Positions 23,501 to 30,799 of a stretch of DNA of 60,967 bases are shown here, in pieces. Position 1 is the stretch's first letter. Each line of letters begins with the position of its first letter. This DNA comes from a virus (Duplodnaviria; Caudoviricetes): positions 1-60,967 of the IMG/VR virus record IMGVR_UViG_3300046820_000595, one strand, 5' to 3'. A model generated the notes under the pieces. The model ran no database searches, had not been told where the DNA came from, and saw only the letters and a list, made by a program, of their open reading frames with translations. The position numbers and the translations under genes are program-made.

Positions 23501-26500
23501 GGCGATGTCAAAATGGCATTGAGAAAGAGTGCAGAATTCGCTAGCGCTGAACTAGGCGCTGAAAGAGAAGGCTTTTCTCACATTATTGCTAGTAATATAG
23601 CAAAACAAATTGACGACCTGAATGACCAGAGAGAAGCGCTGCTTAGAGCATTGGCTCGCCTTGAGGTTGAAAGCAAGGGGGAAAGTATGACATTAATGCA
23701 GCTGAGTAAGAAGTTTTCATTTGATGAGAAATCAACTATTGAGCGCATTCAAAGAACTGCTTCTCCTCAATTTGACGCAAGACTCAATCTTGTTTTTGAT
23801 ACAAGAAGACTAGACAATAGCCCAGATTCAATGGCTACCAAGAAGAGAATTCTTAGCAGCGTTGCTATCATCAATGAGGCCGCGAGACTATTCCTTGAGA
23901 AAGAAGGAGAGAACATGCACCGCGCATTGTATGAGGATGTAGAAATGTTTGGTCAAGGATACGACCTTATTCAGGACTTTAACAATGTCATTGACTTGGC
24001 GCGTTTAAGAAACTCTTTGCAATTTAGGGCAGATGAAATGTTTGCATTCCGCGCCGATGAGGCATTGAACACTCTTGTCACTGAAGCCGATGAGAAGGCT
24101 GTTCAATTGTTCGGGGTCACGGTGCAAGACATGGTGACAAACAATATGTCTCCCGCTGTTGTAGAAATTGTCAAGGATGGGCAATTAACTAAATCCCATG
24201 TAATTAGAGAAAGTAAAAATGATGAAATAGAGGAGCGAGAAATGAAGCTAGAGACAATTGGGCTTCATAACATCGTAAGTAAAAAAGAAAGACTAAGAAG
24301 AACCGCATTGTTTATCAATGACCAGTTTTCTTCCAGTATGTTTATGCCAACAACTACCAAGCTGGCGGAGGAGAACAACAAGTCCTACTTGGTTTACAGC
24401 ACTAACGCTAGAAATGAACTAGCTAAGAACAAGAGACAAACCAAAGCCGACTGGAATGTAGATGAGAAGCTCAAAGAATTAATCTTCCAAGCTGCACAGA
24501 ATCCGCCATCTAGGGGAGAAGGGGGACTAAAAACCCAAACACACAAAAAAATCACAACTGATCTCAACAAACAAATCAGCGACTCTTTAGCCAACGAAAC
24601 AAAACTTCCAAAGGAAACTACTGTTGGCGAATTGATCAAGATTGCTACAAACAGATTCACCTCATTCCTTATTAAGAACACAATCAATAAGGAGATGGGC
24701 GCTTTTGCTCAAGGCATCCGTGTGAATGGCTCGATCAAGCGGACACGCGCCATGAGTGACGAGGAATTTGAAACTGCGTTTGATGATGTGTTTGCATTTG
24801 CTTCAAATCCAGACAATGACGCGACCTTGCAGACTGCTGGCTTTGAACGTCTGGGCAAGAAAAAATCAGACTACTCACTGAGTGAAAAGAAAAACTTGGT
24901 GGAGAAAGCTTATGCGGCCGCAATTAAGGAAAACGACTTCCTTGATCCTGACAGCAAGGTTAGCCAGTCTATTGCGTTTTATGAAAAGCAGTTGGTTGAT
25001 ATTGTCACCATGCTTAACAGTGATGAGATTGGACCTCAAATGGGGAACTTTGCAGAATACATCAGAAGCGCTGAGCGTTCAATTGGAAAATTGGTCAACA
25101 TCCAAACAGCTGTAGATTCTGCATCAGAAGTTAATCCATACACTATTAGTCGCGCTGTCATGGACTTAGATTTGAGTCACAATTGGTCACGCCTGTATTC
25201 AATCCTTTACGGACGAGAAACACTCAACAAGCTAGTTACTGGCGCTCTTAACGCTAAAACAGATGACGGGCAAGTTACTACTTTTAGCGCTCACGAAAAT
25301 GCCTTAGTTCGCCGCAAATTTTCAAAAAGTTATGGAGCATACAATGAAGCTCTAAACCTCATTGGATTGCTTGACCATGGATTGGACGGAAGTAGTGGTA
25401 GAAACCGTTTCAGCGCTGAATATCAGTCATTCCAAGATAGAGTTGGAAAGGCATCTAAAAACCTTAATAATGACTTCGTGAAAGGCGCTAAAGCCATGGT
25501 TATTGCTTCGCTCAGAGGTATTGCTGTAGCAAATGAAAAAGACAATGGATCAAATGCTCAATACGCCAACAGAGTTTGGATGTGGGCAAACGCTTGGAAA
25601 AACGGAATGAAGCAACATGAAAAACTTGAGAATGATCGTCAAAAAGCACACGAGCAAGGAAACAAATTCATGCGCTTTAGCAACAGAATCATGAAGAGGG
25701 GGCGCAAGCAAGACAGGGAGAGAGCTGGAACTGAATTGATTAACAATCTCATTACTGATGAAGTAAACTCAATCGTCAACATCATTAACATCAATCACAC
25801 TAAGCCAGAAATGCTTAATGCAAGAATTGAAGCAATGATTAGCAAGCTTGAGTCTGGATACGAACCTTCAGACCTTACTGCAATTAGAGAATATTCTGAC
25901 GCATTGCTGTCTGAATTCACGGAAATCAGTGAAGCATACAGAATTACTCAGGCATTTGCTAGCCGCGACAACAGAACTAAAATCTCTGATGAGCAACTAC
26001 TTGACTCCACAGTCATTTCTGATGTTTTGTCTAAAAATTATTCTGTGTTCCCATTGCGTTTTGGATACGTAAAGAATCCATTGCACGTAAGCCATGAGGC
26101 ATACAGCCACAATAAAGCTCCAATTACGGACTTTATTGGAATGGAACAAGGTGTGATTAACTACCAAGGAAAACGAACTGGCTTAATGGAAGAAGAGTCG
26201 GATAAAGATGCTATTCGACCACTGGACTTAAATCCCTTCACGGCTCCTGACCAAATCGCTAAGGATGCAATGTATCGCATGTATGTTGCGCCTACTTACA
26301 AAGTAATCAACAAGTTGCTCGGCAAGAGTTCAACCGACAATGCAAGACAATCTATTACAACAAATGGATTTTTGCACGGCGTAGCTAATGCTACAAACAC
26401 AGATAGCGAAACAACTTCTAAATATCCATATATCGCGGCATACATCATGGATACAATCGACAAAACGATTAAAAATGACAAGCCAGAGAATGTTGAAGAT

Positions 26501-28027
26501 AGTATTCTTGCTGATTACTTAAGAGCTAGCGCAACTTTAATTGCTGTTAAATACCTTGTTGAACCATGGCAAATTGTTTCTCAGGGCATTATTCCAGCAA
26601 TAAGCAAGTATTTAACAATCAAGTTTACAAATTTAATTGTAGCAACACAAAAAGACACAGATATTTTGATGGAGGCTTACAAACATGCCGCAATGGGATA
26701 CAGAAACCCCAATAGCCAAATAGCTAGATTTGTAAAAGAAAACAGCATCAAGAATTATAAGTGGTTAACTGAGGGAACTGACACGCGCCAAGAGCAAATC
26801 TCTTTAACGAGATACGAAGGCGAATCAAAAATTTCCTCTGCATCCAAAAAGATTCTTTCTACAACTCAAAAAATTGGAGAAAAATACTTAGACACAGTAA
26901 TTGGTGGGCCAGAAAGAGCAATGATTCAATCTATTTATGCTTTTGAATTATTCAATCAACTGCAATTGGTAATGGGTCCTGAAGCTCCCGCTACACTTGA
27001 TGAAATGTTTGAAATGGACCCAAGCGAGATCAATACATTAGCAAAAACCAAAGCTGACATCATGGTCACTGATTTCATGGGTCTTGGAGACAAAGCGAAA
27101 AAAGCTGCGGCTTACAACATCAAATCAAAAAGCGCTATTGTTAACATGCTTATTCAGTCGTTTACTAGATTTGGAAACCACACATCTACAGTTGAAGCAA
27201 ATAGAGGTGTCTTTTCTGAGTATTTGTTCAACAATTACATGAGAAGAAGGGGTTACGCAAACAGCGAGTTTACAAAAGATGCTATTGAAAATATTGTTGG
27301 AACAACTCTTCAAAACAGCTTGTTCTTTTTGACTAAATTGCCATTTCTTGTTCCTGCCGCTACGTATGCAGCTAGCATTCTTTATGAATTTGTTGAAGAA
27401 CTATTCTTTGATGACGATGAAGAAGATGAAGATAATTTGGAAAGCATTGCTCAAAGAGCTTCAGAATGGGCGACATCATTAACTCAGTTTGATGAAAATG
27501 GATTCTTGCCATTGCAAATGCTCAAAGAACAAATGTTTCCTAAAAACATGAGCGTAACAAATCCAAGCACTATTGCCGAAGAAGGTTATAGCGGTGCTTA
27601 TTTTGAAATGATTAAAAAAGCTGGAGTTGATATAGCTTGGGATACTACTGGTGTATTACCGAATTCAACAGCGGCATCATTGCTTAGTTACATACCGGTT
27701 AAATCTTTTGTAAGACTTGGAATTGGATCGGCAAAGGACAAGTTTACTGAAAGCGAAAAAAGTGATTACAGCGAAATGCAAAGAAAATCATGGCTAGCTG
27801 AGCGCTTTGCAGAAACATTCATTATGCCAATTACAGAACCTGCTATAGCAGCAAACAATGTTAAGAATCTAATGCTTAACTACGCTCTGCCTAAAGACGG
27901 TTACGAAGGAATTAGCACTGGTGAGTTCCTTAACGGTATTGTAACTGGACTGCTTGGAACTAGAAATAGTCGGCGCTCAGTGCCTAAACGTCACGCCGAA
28001 CAAGGTGGTTGGGGAGTTGAGAACTAA
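11531..28027 (+). CDS. Giant 5498-aa protein, probable ejected internal/polyvalent-type protein with zincin-like metallopeptidase domain(s)
   Basis: Uninterrupted 16.5-kb ORF; Gly/Ala-rich hydrophobic segments in aa ~390-740; HEIFH at 15749-15763; degenerate EELLH near 17345; no Cys seen. Confidence 0.8.
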   Translation: MINPFEDEIFTAPSIAKAPDDAIATEEDDKSKEEVDKNYDYYGINLPDDKNPFKKIDAASWFTNPEARKQQAATLAEQIADEYENSDVTVPVIRNGKVEQVKASNNGVLTDAGQHALAQTLMMIDQASKDPSGGARKNPLTGKTEAAFGSKFLTPYNADEKLAEREKKRVAGEKGEYGATEYQLSNDQVFDYGHVSKVIDAYAKINDVKPDELNPESFDAKSFLDLRGKVKQALPEGMLELGAELDQTKAPVLDDKSQKIFDKALGRYFAEKKMGDKLVDVYDGQPIVNYEALAETGDLKRFESELNGLELAPSAKKIFLSSFKKEFEGQAASLLLKQAQGDIYSDDSTKPILEAAEKGQSFYNLLKEDPYALQSTGSNTLDFMKRVADHATSITAGATSSIGSIGQMFLAGGAKAMGFDEYAADVVSGIATVSDQIGAFRETRGFGKDQLDLGLFSVTTGDIHQLISEGAIAFATMGASALLSSSRIAATTTIKGAVNIGLQSAAKKITEKSAKSALSSLSQNLIKSQSVIGSVWKNASKARTLDNVLATTLEGSFRSAASAWGESYQKNIDKGLSNVDAFNDSTGQAVANGLATFVAGAIMNSIAPGLDKINVAPDSGLSLTQAIKNTIANRAAQKSISSGLKSFRNNIKNRNDLVKGVADTIREEASKQGLKNYLGGVAVQGLGEGIEESMDAALANALDQYLNNSEEARKEFEKKGYWNQIIKAGFLGAIMGSGMSTISRTSDRNLQIAEDAKAAMSSFIKKVPELAKYADQEIIVQGAKKDAPEIKTTINQILQNGTLDQQVEAIANIGKTRAQNLLSPTKVGGTQGTGITPAADAQTSLAENKLPTADATPSLETGSAPVEETVSPFKKSATGAVDFKTAEFNDTDKGVSFEVSSNAPKSQGLQLKIAATPKTVDGNVEVEWSIEKETQPNSGQYQKMRANGRDSAVKAFGEEFVAGIEASQKQAAGADPVASQSAVTALNSQLAQLRPTQQPTTTETNAEAQPKEEAPTEPQSFTLTDNTGGQSNVKALVSKKENLSSYAYEKAHGTKAPAGTLEPKAKTTTATVMVNGNPQSVPVTSYTIDGKDADLHSVTIGDNETVFFKKSDSVNAIKGAVQGASRVMMKGELASKNDYAEQLQSTPPPTQKPESKQPAKYSPESSEQTTESGAVFTTRTRLSTGQEQVLWKKTKYGRKVGDKWDAGFPETVVSVENKTTTGMPEEYTVAEVSKILHGERKNGEVELTIRDMTPEEITEAKSKMEKANAQRRELGIKEEVVPEIPVAKTPATEASKPKEKSQAPAPSKKKKEEVDEDDGPIKGVNKLAEPLRKIARKFKGIASSIGAQIIIVKDDADLQQQMKNLGFDDQAIKNVGDSPMFFSPDDNVIIVRSNRANESNFEKGIKHEIFHAVEKMFAASDAGKKLLGEIDIAKLVNDPEVVEYMKKEYSKSYPDMTNNQKFGEITRAFVAGKLHKNTLGQTAFQKYLKAFLKFARKFTKKNTELKSYLDGLEKFYLDTLQDYKAEAGIVASESSGFKSWIGGILASGIKAAKMKLSGFESTSSIKASDEDIARIADEVRGDIIEQVNAAAAFNKPLNAVTLLENISKNINDTHLGINKTMDANSKIAVLQNVLKGLEGNDIDQTVKDAIASAMESVNSDRSDLLMSVPDESQEVLDSVEEKKQLSSWTGVRRYIKAEDLFSDVNVVNRRGFPDQDSEVGEQNEYTNSYISVDFNKEAQSYPDLGLNPGDVVEMLDSLGNVTGVLVYSHSVEVASQQDGVKRLQYRFIKGETVANGKITPFAAIRQAQYSQEFYDMFAKSGIAKTMFGDVNGRTVINTPEGLIKMVFESLVAKNAKGKAVIKQGDKTLSFKDIFVFQKDKDNKSLTPFYFNAGDGKIYVDPEKLSTNFAFIESSALNSDGKKQSTALLVASTVRAAIEEELLHLATVGTFTQQELAEFADDLLKRNAFEGIVYQVRKMQRITSPIDSMTDGEKAIVATEVLSFLHQKSAEGATYGDQYEELFELAAGKGSARIQTAKAYGRRMRYMLGARAATSFMSPRMQKMVEVLNSRKAEMGVNRRATNMSELIARFNQEQFRGSKKAMQDAINQAFVNQAAEVNDLRQMLKENDIPVQNILDINFELNTVSLVPEFSDYYRLKYGQKSLDDLNDYFSRLNQNEAVGNLADSVRTARSRMDSLRLLMDTTSELDRLVEMATNGNFDELSEYLENPENQGVFDLGSLIQVLNGLKYDTNIAKGIERDKARIENAFNAVFDPQKQVANKDQAIGYLSNLLSRYYQKNEIETDLEFVERIASEMNQSKEELIQTLQSMAREQGGMFTSNENSARSSIVERDSRDKLLALLKEKNNAQPESPIRPTYYSYAQAVSDYNDLVLNYADILLNKNLSEVDEFGRNFADVTTALENPASTLTFNVNLFGYNNELATTAMGHRAARTKALSDSPDDAAFKATFAYQQAFVGRIISNDRNDAIDKVVRIESNAAFLGEEAYNDFWIARLSGEVPTIGGLQISYKDYHTTMGFQPLITRERASDGTVEPEDLSLYLLKLRVPDAEIDFSSKISGKKPSIRNFRDNFLKLAQSDAATKEAAARLITEQLVDVAQIGKWISDLQDLIGYDNKTGLFDVVESLNNKETFASKFAKQLIYRIFDNKLVVGGTKGLTVNGADPMNPTLFEHLQLIQRVYDATHPGKSGKKEVNKDDQDLLLSSLPIILEQIDALNSDIGLARKTNSRFKSQYVASTIMGDIRLIQEQGAEGIRANAELIKAIQDSYFDIQAMEDAEWLTNYHTKNGPVGYSGVTALQLIDSFAKIPSSAMNEYFVTQGIQGTNVAALLQRYYQAQEMYAELGMGSPRAKDSDGKTTYALDNLTFNTVERVGDRPSETDEEFNDDRPALNRGQETAGTMPQGYEGTQEQLESQRRKSLMEEVKRIKSWMFASSVSIFQLFDENLELSYTSKINTNRAKTFFRLFAEAQVNGESNKESKQRLLNLVRDQMVFLHYKYNTNEISVDSPFVVIADNLFNYKHPMEFLLDVAEAIAEKERAFINDLQAHSKDVGVMVAKELGKNVESKKQADLNGDGNIDNVNALASESLLKSLQEDIDKGKLVDGTLFHAQMFKMGSSQSMMDSILLEKAPLFSSLLQSMPNLIIYQPSQYEGKRNFIENNIEFATLPNNDVVLYIGNATGLGSSKQAELLERVLTARIKQEIGANGTQSPLAASIKQIASTIREQINYVFSTTPERIRQMEEKAFSVINGNPNIPTNVVNTLVERYRKALESDAANKLSTLGNPASRDKFVSDIVGDRAGDMQLFLDNLLSADVESNENSILQDIKLIVDMFTNPDTYKILSAIKSPEVELTSTELDPKYKEFFDTAINRFVSEEVQSSMVYDIALEQGANNAFDEDNLGVFTPEADTTSFIVDEIISSWSDNFLSGEPKEDANNARKEKQIKSVIENSPLDLVKRVVDGLIVVNEVKGGRESVNLTYDQIATTTNILKEVAPTPDFMFEFVFTEMVHALAPHNEARSVLDGTAPAPIGRPQNVFELLQTSSFPVLMNSTGQGNFRSSYNITNFYYNKAPTTKLFEMRRKEAFVSSLASATPIGQELLQYVYDGADKSGQYAVQRIDLIDAQDTLAALRNQIKDVIGEDIFNEAVENHETLESRKQKDIEDANARIEEVDRQIQALREDGLKQLEQVLLDNARGNYNESIDTILDLAVNIAGIVHDIGQKHQVATSAVVKDASSESALEKLNNYQESITQLERIDKEIKNHLRDNSGLISDPVAYNKAYFVLVLNHNAYAGHARNALNSYANEVAQSIARNSFNKAYDLISDVSALQEAVVQSISRGLNTYTINAETITPQNSASINQSLSRFLMTTGRKASAMKIARDLSSPSNVSALLERVQSNQALTNLMQEQVDAIIASPDTNDAVKELFSRLKKKELSKSMKEIVSKFDPKLSLKQISDLVTTELLKNPKLVDRLGKEMFSGDVKMALRKSAEFASAELGAEREGFSHIIASNIAKQIDDLNDQREALLRALARLEVESKGESMTLMQLSKKFSFDEKSTIERIQRTASPQFDARLNLVFDTRRLDNSPDSMATKKRILSSVAIINEAARLFLEKEGENMHRALYEDVEMFGQGYDLIQDFNNVIDLARLRNSLQFRADEMFAFRADEALNTLVTEADEKAVQLFGVTVQDMVTNNMSPAVVEIVKDGQLTKSHVIRESKNDEIEEREMKLETIGLHNIVSKKERLRRTALFINDQFSSSMFMPTTTKLAEENNKSYLVYSTNARNELAKNKRQTKADWNVDEKLKELIFQAAQNPPSRGEGGLKTQTHKKITTDLNKQISDSLANETKLPKETTVGELIKIATNRFTSFLIKNTINKEMGAFAQGIRVNGSIKRTRAMSDEEFETAFDDVFAFASNPDNDATLQTAGFERLGKKKSDYSLSEKKNLVEKAYAAAIKENDFLDPDSKVSQSIAFYEKQLVDIVTMLNSDEIGPQMGNFAEYIRSAERSIGKLVNIQTAVDSASEVNPYTISRAVMDLDLSHNWSRLYSILYGRETLNKLVTGALNAKTDDGQVTTFSAHENALVRRKFSKSYGAYNEALNLIGLLDHGLDGSSGRNRFSAEYQSFQDRVGKASKNLNNDFVKGAKAMVIASLRGIAVANEKDNGSNAQYANRVWMWANAWKNGMKQHEKLENDRQKAHEQGNKFMRFSNRIMKRGRKQDRERAGTELINNLITDEVNSIVNIININHTKPEMLNARIEAMISKLESGYEPSDLTAIREYSDALLSEFTEISEAYRITQAFASRDNRTKISDEQLLDSTVISDVLSKNYSVFPLRFGYVKNPLHVSHEAYSHNKAPITDFIGMEQGVINYQGKRTGLMEEESDKDAIRPLDLNPFTAPDQIAKDAMYRMYVAPTYKVINKLLGKSSTDNARQSITTNGFLHGVANATNTDSETTSKYPYIAAYIMDTIDKTIKNDKPENVEDSILADYLRASATLIAVKYLVEPWQIVSQGIIPAISKYLTIKFTNLIVATQKDTDILMEAYKHAAMGYRNPNSQIARFVKENSIKNYKWLTEGTDTRQEQISLTRYEGESKISSASKKILSTTQKIGEKYLDTVIGGPERAMIQSIYAFELFNQLQLVMGPEAPATLDEMFEMDPSEINTLAKTKADIMVTDFMGLGDKAKKAAAYNIKSKSAIVNMLIQSFTRFGNHTSTVEANRGVFSEYLFNNYMRRRGYANSEFTKDAIENIVGTTLQNSLFFLTKLPFLVPAATYAASILYEFVEELFFDDDEEDEDNLESIAQRASEWATSLTQFDENGFLPLQMLKEQMFPKNMSVTNPSTIAEEGYSGAYFEMIKKAGVDIAWDTTGVLPNSTAASLLSYIPVKSFVRLGIGSAKDKFTESEKSDYSEMQRKSWLAERFAETFIMPITEPAIAANNVKNLMLNYALPKDGYEGISTGEFLNGIVTGLLGTRNSRRSVPKRHAEQGGWGVEN
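18038..18051. promoter_or_regulatory. Dispersed palindromic box TTTAGCCGACTAAA (intragenic)
   Basis: Identical to the 7876 copy; inside the giant ORF, encoding FSRL. Confidence 0.6.
23342..23355. promoter_or_regulatory. Dispersed palindromic box TTTAGCCGACTAAA (intragenic)
   Basis: Identical to the 7876 copy; inside the giant ORF, encoding FSRL. Confidence 0.6.
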
Positions 28028-28389
28028 ACGTCTTGCCTTTTAACCGCATCAAGTAGAATTGTTCCTGACTCTAAGCGTTTTGTGATAATCTCCCTTGCTG
28101 TTGGTGTTACTGGTTTCTTGCTCAACAAGAAGCGGATAGCATCAATAAGCAGGGGGATAACGCGCAATGATTCAAATTTGACCATCTGTGGAGTGATTAC
28201 GGACACAACTGGAGTGGCTGCATTAACTTCGTCTAATGGTGCGTCATCATTTGATAACGCCGCTGAATCGCCATTCAGGTCTTCAATTTGGTGCGTAACT
28301 TGTAGTTCTTCATGGCTAGTTACTTCTGGTGGAGCAGCTAGTTGTTCTTCGTCAATTACTTGTAGTTGTTGTTTTTTTGGTCTTGCCAT
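28024..28389 (-). CDS. Hypothetical protein
   Basis: A-rich leader before ATG; stop codon overlaps the convergent giant ORF stop. Confidence 0.7.
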   Translation of the reverse strand: MARPKKQQLQVIDEEQLAAPPEVTSHEELQVTHQIEDLNGDSAALSNDDAPLDEVNAATPVVSVITPQMVKFESLRVIPLLIDAIRFLLSKKPVTPTAREIITKRLESGTILLDAVKRQDV

Positions 28390-28409
28390 AATGTTTGTTT
28401 GTTAAATTT

Positions 28410-28490
28410 TGGTGGTGCTAGAATGGGCCACCGCTCCAACCTATGCCGAACCCTCTAGCTGGGAGAACAGAAAGGAACGTATTCCTTCGG
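28410..28490 (-). ncRNA. Candidate small structured RNA with acceptor-like stem and ACCA end
   Basis: Minus strand GCTAGAG...TTCTAGC-ACCACCA, preceded by an AAGGAA-TACG-TTCCTT hairpin. Confidence 0.4.
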
Positions 28491-28495
28491 CAAAA

Positions 28496-28786
28496 TTATT
28501 GCATATTGAGGAAATTGGGTTTTGGGGAAACAAGCCATCCCTCTTCTTTAGCTTGCTTTGAATTGTGGTGAACCCATTCATGGCATTCATGGCACAATGG
28601 TAGGATTACACAGCAGAAAGCTCTTGTCGTGCGCCTAAACGGATGATGTGGCTCAAAGTCTCCATTGAAATGTTTCCAATTGTTTCCCTTGATTCCGCAA
28701 CGAGCGCAAGCTGATGGGATATACACCTGCAAAATGCGCTTGTATTGCTCAAGCCATTCAGCTCGCTTCTCTGATACGTGTCTCAT
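28496..28786 (-). CDS. HNH-like Zn-binding endonuclease
   Basis: CARC...HH...LPLCHECHEWVH. Confidence 0.7.
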   Translation of the reverse strand: MRHVSEKRAEWLEQYKRILQVYIPSACARCGIKGNNWKHFNGDFEPHHPFRRTTRAFCCVILPLCHECHEWVHHNSKQAKEEGWLVSPKPNFLNMQ

Positions 28787-29061
28787 AAGTCCAATGCTTT
28801 CTTAACAGCCTTTAGGCAAATGTCATAAATCATCTTGTCTTTTTCTGACAAGGCTCTTCCTTCATCAATCGCGCTATCTCTAATATGATTCATTGCAAGT
28901 TGTGTGGCTTCCAATAATTCTGGAGATGCGGCGGCTAAATAAGCATCAGCATGACGAGAGATAAACCCATCAAAGACAACATGAATTCTGTTTTCAACTT
29001 TAACAAGTTTTTCGTGGTGTATAGTAACCCTCCATGGAGTAGCGCTAATTACTTGGTTCAT
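28783..29061 (-). CDS. Hypothetical phage protein
   Basis: TPW...ADAYLAAASPELLEA pattern common in small phage ORFs; ATGA-coupled. Confidence 0.7.
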   Translation of the reverse strand: MNQVISATPWRVTIHHEKLVKVENRIHVVFDGFISRHADAYLAAASPELLEATQLAMNHIRDSAIDEGRALSEKDKMIYDICLKAVKKALDL

Positions 29062-29468
29062 TTTACTGCTTCAATGTAGTGATATGGAGAGCCTTGAGGT
29101 TTGCCAAAAAATGAATCCGACCATGCAAATTCACCATCAATATATCGGCCTACAGCATAATGAATAGGTGACACAGAAGTCAAAGAGGTTCCTTTATAAA
29201 CCCATTTATTAAGGCCTATTGGCAATGTAGGGAGCGGAATGTCTTGCAAGCCAGGCGGGAACTCATTGTCGCTTTCACTTTGCTCGACAAGAACTTCTGA
29301 AATAACTGGCTTAGACTCAACATAACCAACACATTTCAGGATTTCAAATTTTTGATTGACCTGATAATTCGCCAATCTTTTAGCTTCGGCAATAGCGCTT
29401 TCAAGGTTTTCATGCTTGCGGCTTGGGCCTGATCCATGCCTGTTGTAAACGTAATAGTATTCTTTCAT
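29058..29468 (-). CDS. Hypothetical protein
   Basis: ORF coupled to neighbours; start set at ATG 29468. Confidence 0.65.
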   Translation of the reverse strand: MKEYYYVYNRHGSGPSRKHENLESAIAEAKRLANYQVNQKFEILKCVGYVESKPVISEVLVEQSESDNEFPPGLQDIPLPTLPIGLNKWVYKGTSLTSVSPIHYAVGRYIDGEFAWSDSFFGKPQGSPYHYIEAVK

Positions 29469-29469
29469 A

Positions 29470-30123
29470 TTAGTGTTTTGATTTAGGGAGTTCATCTTTG
29501 TCGAGCGTCTTCTTGAAGCCCACATTGGCGGCTGTATGAAAGACAACAATGCCTTCTGGATTCATAAACCCTGGAGCAGCTTGGCTTCCAGTAGCTCCCA
29601 AGTAAGTAAGGGTAGCTTCGATACGCGCCGTATCAAAAATACCTTTGTAAAGAACAGGAACAAGACCTACGCATGGAGGAAGAACATCTTGATATTTTAA
29701 CACTTGTGGATTTTGACTTGGAATGATTTGAGGTTCTTGGCCGTGCAAGCACCAGCGAGTTACATTAAAGAGGCTCAAGCGCCTTTCTGAGAGGCCATAC
29801 TTCCTTTGGATGCCTTGCCCCCACCATTCGCCAAAATGCGTTCCTACGCCAAGTTTGAGCAATTCCTGAGCATTGTCGTAAACCCATGAGGCAAATCCAA
29901 AATTGTCATCAATGAGAGTGATCCATTTGGTTCTACTGCCAGCAAGCATTTTGTAGTTTAAACCATCTGCTCCAAGCCATCCAGTAATAGCGTAAGGGTC
30001 ATCTTTGTGACTGCCTTGCGTAATGTGAATACTAGCATTGGTTCCGTCAATTTTCTCGGTGACGATGCACTCTCTGGATAGTCTGCCCATTTTGGGGAAT
30101 TCTTTAAATGTTGGTGTATTCAT
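29470..30123 (-). CDS. RNA ligase family (ATP-dependent nucleotidyltransferase domain)
   Basis: Motif I TEKIDGTN, GSRT, motif III FGEWWG, motif IV PEGIVV, C-terminal FKK. Confidence 0.85.
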   Translation of the reverse strand: MNTPTFKEFPKMGRLSRECIVTEKIDGTNASIHITQGSHKDDPYAITGWLGADGLNYKMLAGSRTKWITLIDDNFGFASWVYDNAQELLKLGVGTHFGEWWGQGIQRKYGLSERRLSLFNVTRWCLHGQEPQIIPSQNPQVLKYQDVLPPCVGLVPVLYKGIFDTARIEATLTYLGATGSQAAPGFMNPEGIVVFHTAANVGFKKTLDKDELPKSKH

Positions 30124-30145
30124 AATTTGATTTGGTTAAAATTGA

Positions 30146-30470
30146 ATTGCATTAAGTGTCATGTTTTAAAGTCTTTGTGGACAGGCACTCTTCCCATTTA
30201 AGGGATTTATCCTGGGTCGCCACCCCAGCCTTAATGCAATAACCGATTAGTCGGTCAGACTGGCTGCACTCTGTCCAGAGCGTGGTTCGTCTTTAGCCAT
30301 TGACTATCTGGTTCACCGATCACCAGCAGGTTTCTCGCGTCCAAGAAAATCATTCCCTACTCCGTTGCGCTAAACGGGATCACACGTTAATTCGTGCTCG
30401 ATGTTGCGCGACCGACCGCGTGGGAAGGTTCGTGTTGCACCCGTGGTGAAACAGAGGCGTTCTGAGAAAG
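30146..30470 (-). ncRNA. Candidate structured RNA(s) upstream of the RNA ligase gene
   Basis: ~350-bp gap without a credible ORF; perfect 11-bp inverted repeat 30146-30156/30230-30240 enclosing inner hairpins; further hairpins at 30242-30255 and 30261-30299. Confidence 0.5.
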
Positions 30471-30481
30471 TTTTCATGGTT

Positions 30482-30760
30482 TCATCGTGGTGTTGCCAGA
30501 GATTTTGGTGTGATCCACCATTCTTGATATTTCAAAATTTCGCGCCCTGATTTGTCCACCCCAGACGGCTCGAAGCCTCTGAAGTATATTCCATGCGTCG
30601 AAGCCGAAATGATTTCAGGGGTGCGGATTTCAGCGAGTATTCGCCCCATCGTAGTCGTTGGGTCATCCCACCATAGCAATCGCTTTTCATAGCAGGTCAT
30701 AGTCCCGTTGATTGGTTTCGATGGTTTTGGAAGTTGTTTTTGTAGTTTTCCGGTAATCAT
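30482..30760 (-). CDS. Hypothetical protein
   Basis: ORF on the operon strand ending YQEWWI; start uncertain. Confidence 0.55.
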   Translation of the reverse strand: MITGKLQKQLPKPSKPINGTMTCYEKRLLWWDDPTTTMGRILAEIRTPEIISASTHGIYFRGFEPSGVDKSGREILKYQEWWITPKSLATPR

Positions 30761-30799
30761 AATCAAAGAGGTTAATAAGCGAATGACAGCAGGCGCTCT

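Noticed and set aside
11531-28027. Virion RNA polymerase call for the giant ORF (N4 or crAss-like)
   Set aside because: I found no DFDGD/DxDxD-type catalytic context or T7-type motifs by eye. DLNGDGNID at ~20780 looks more like a Ca-binding loop or chance. Left open for structure search.
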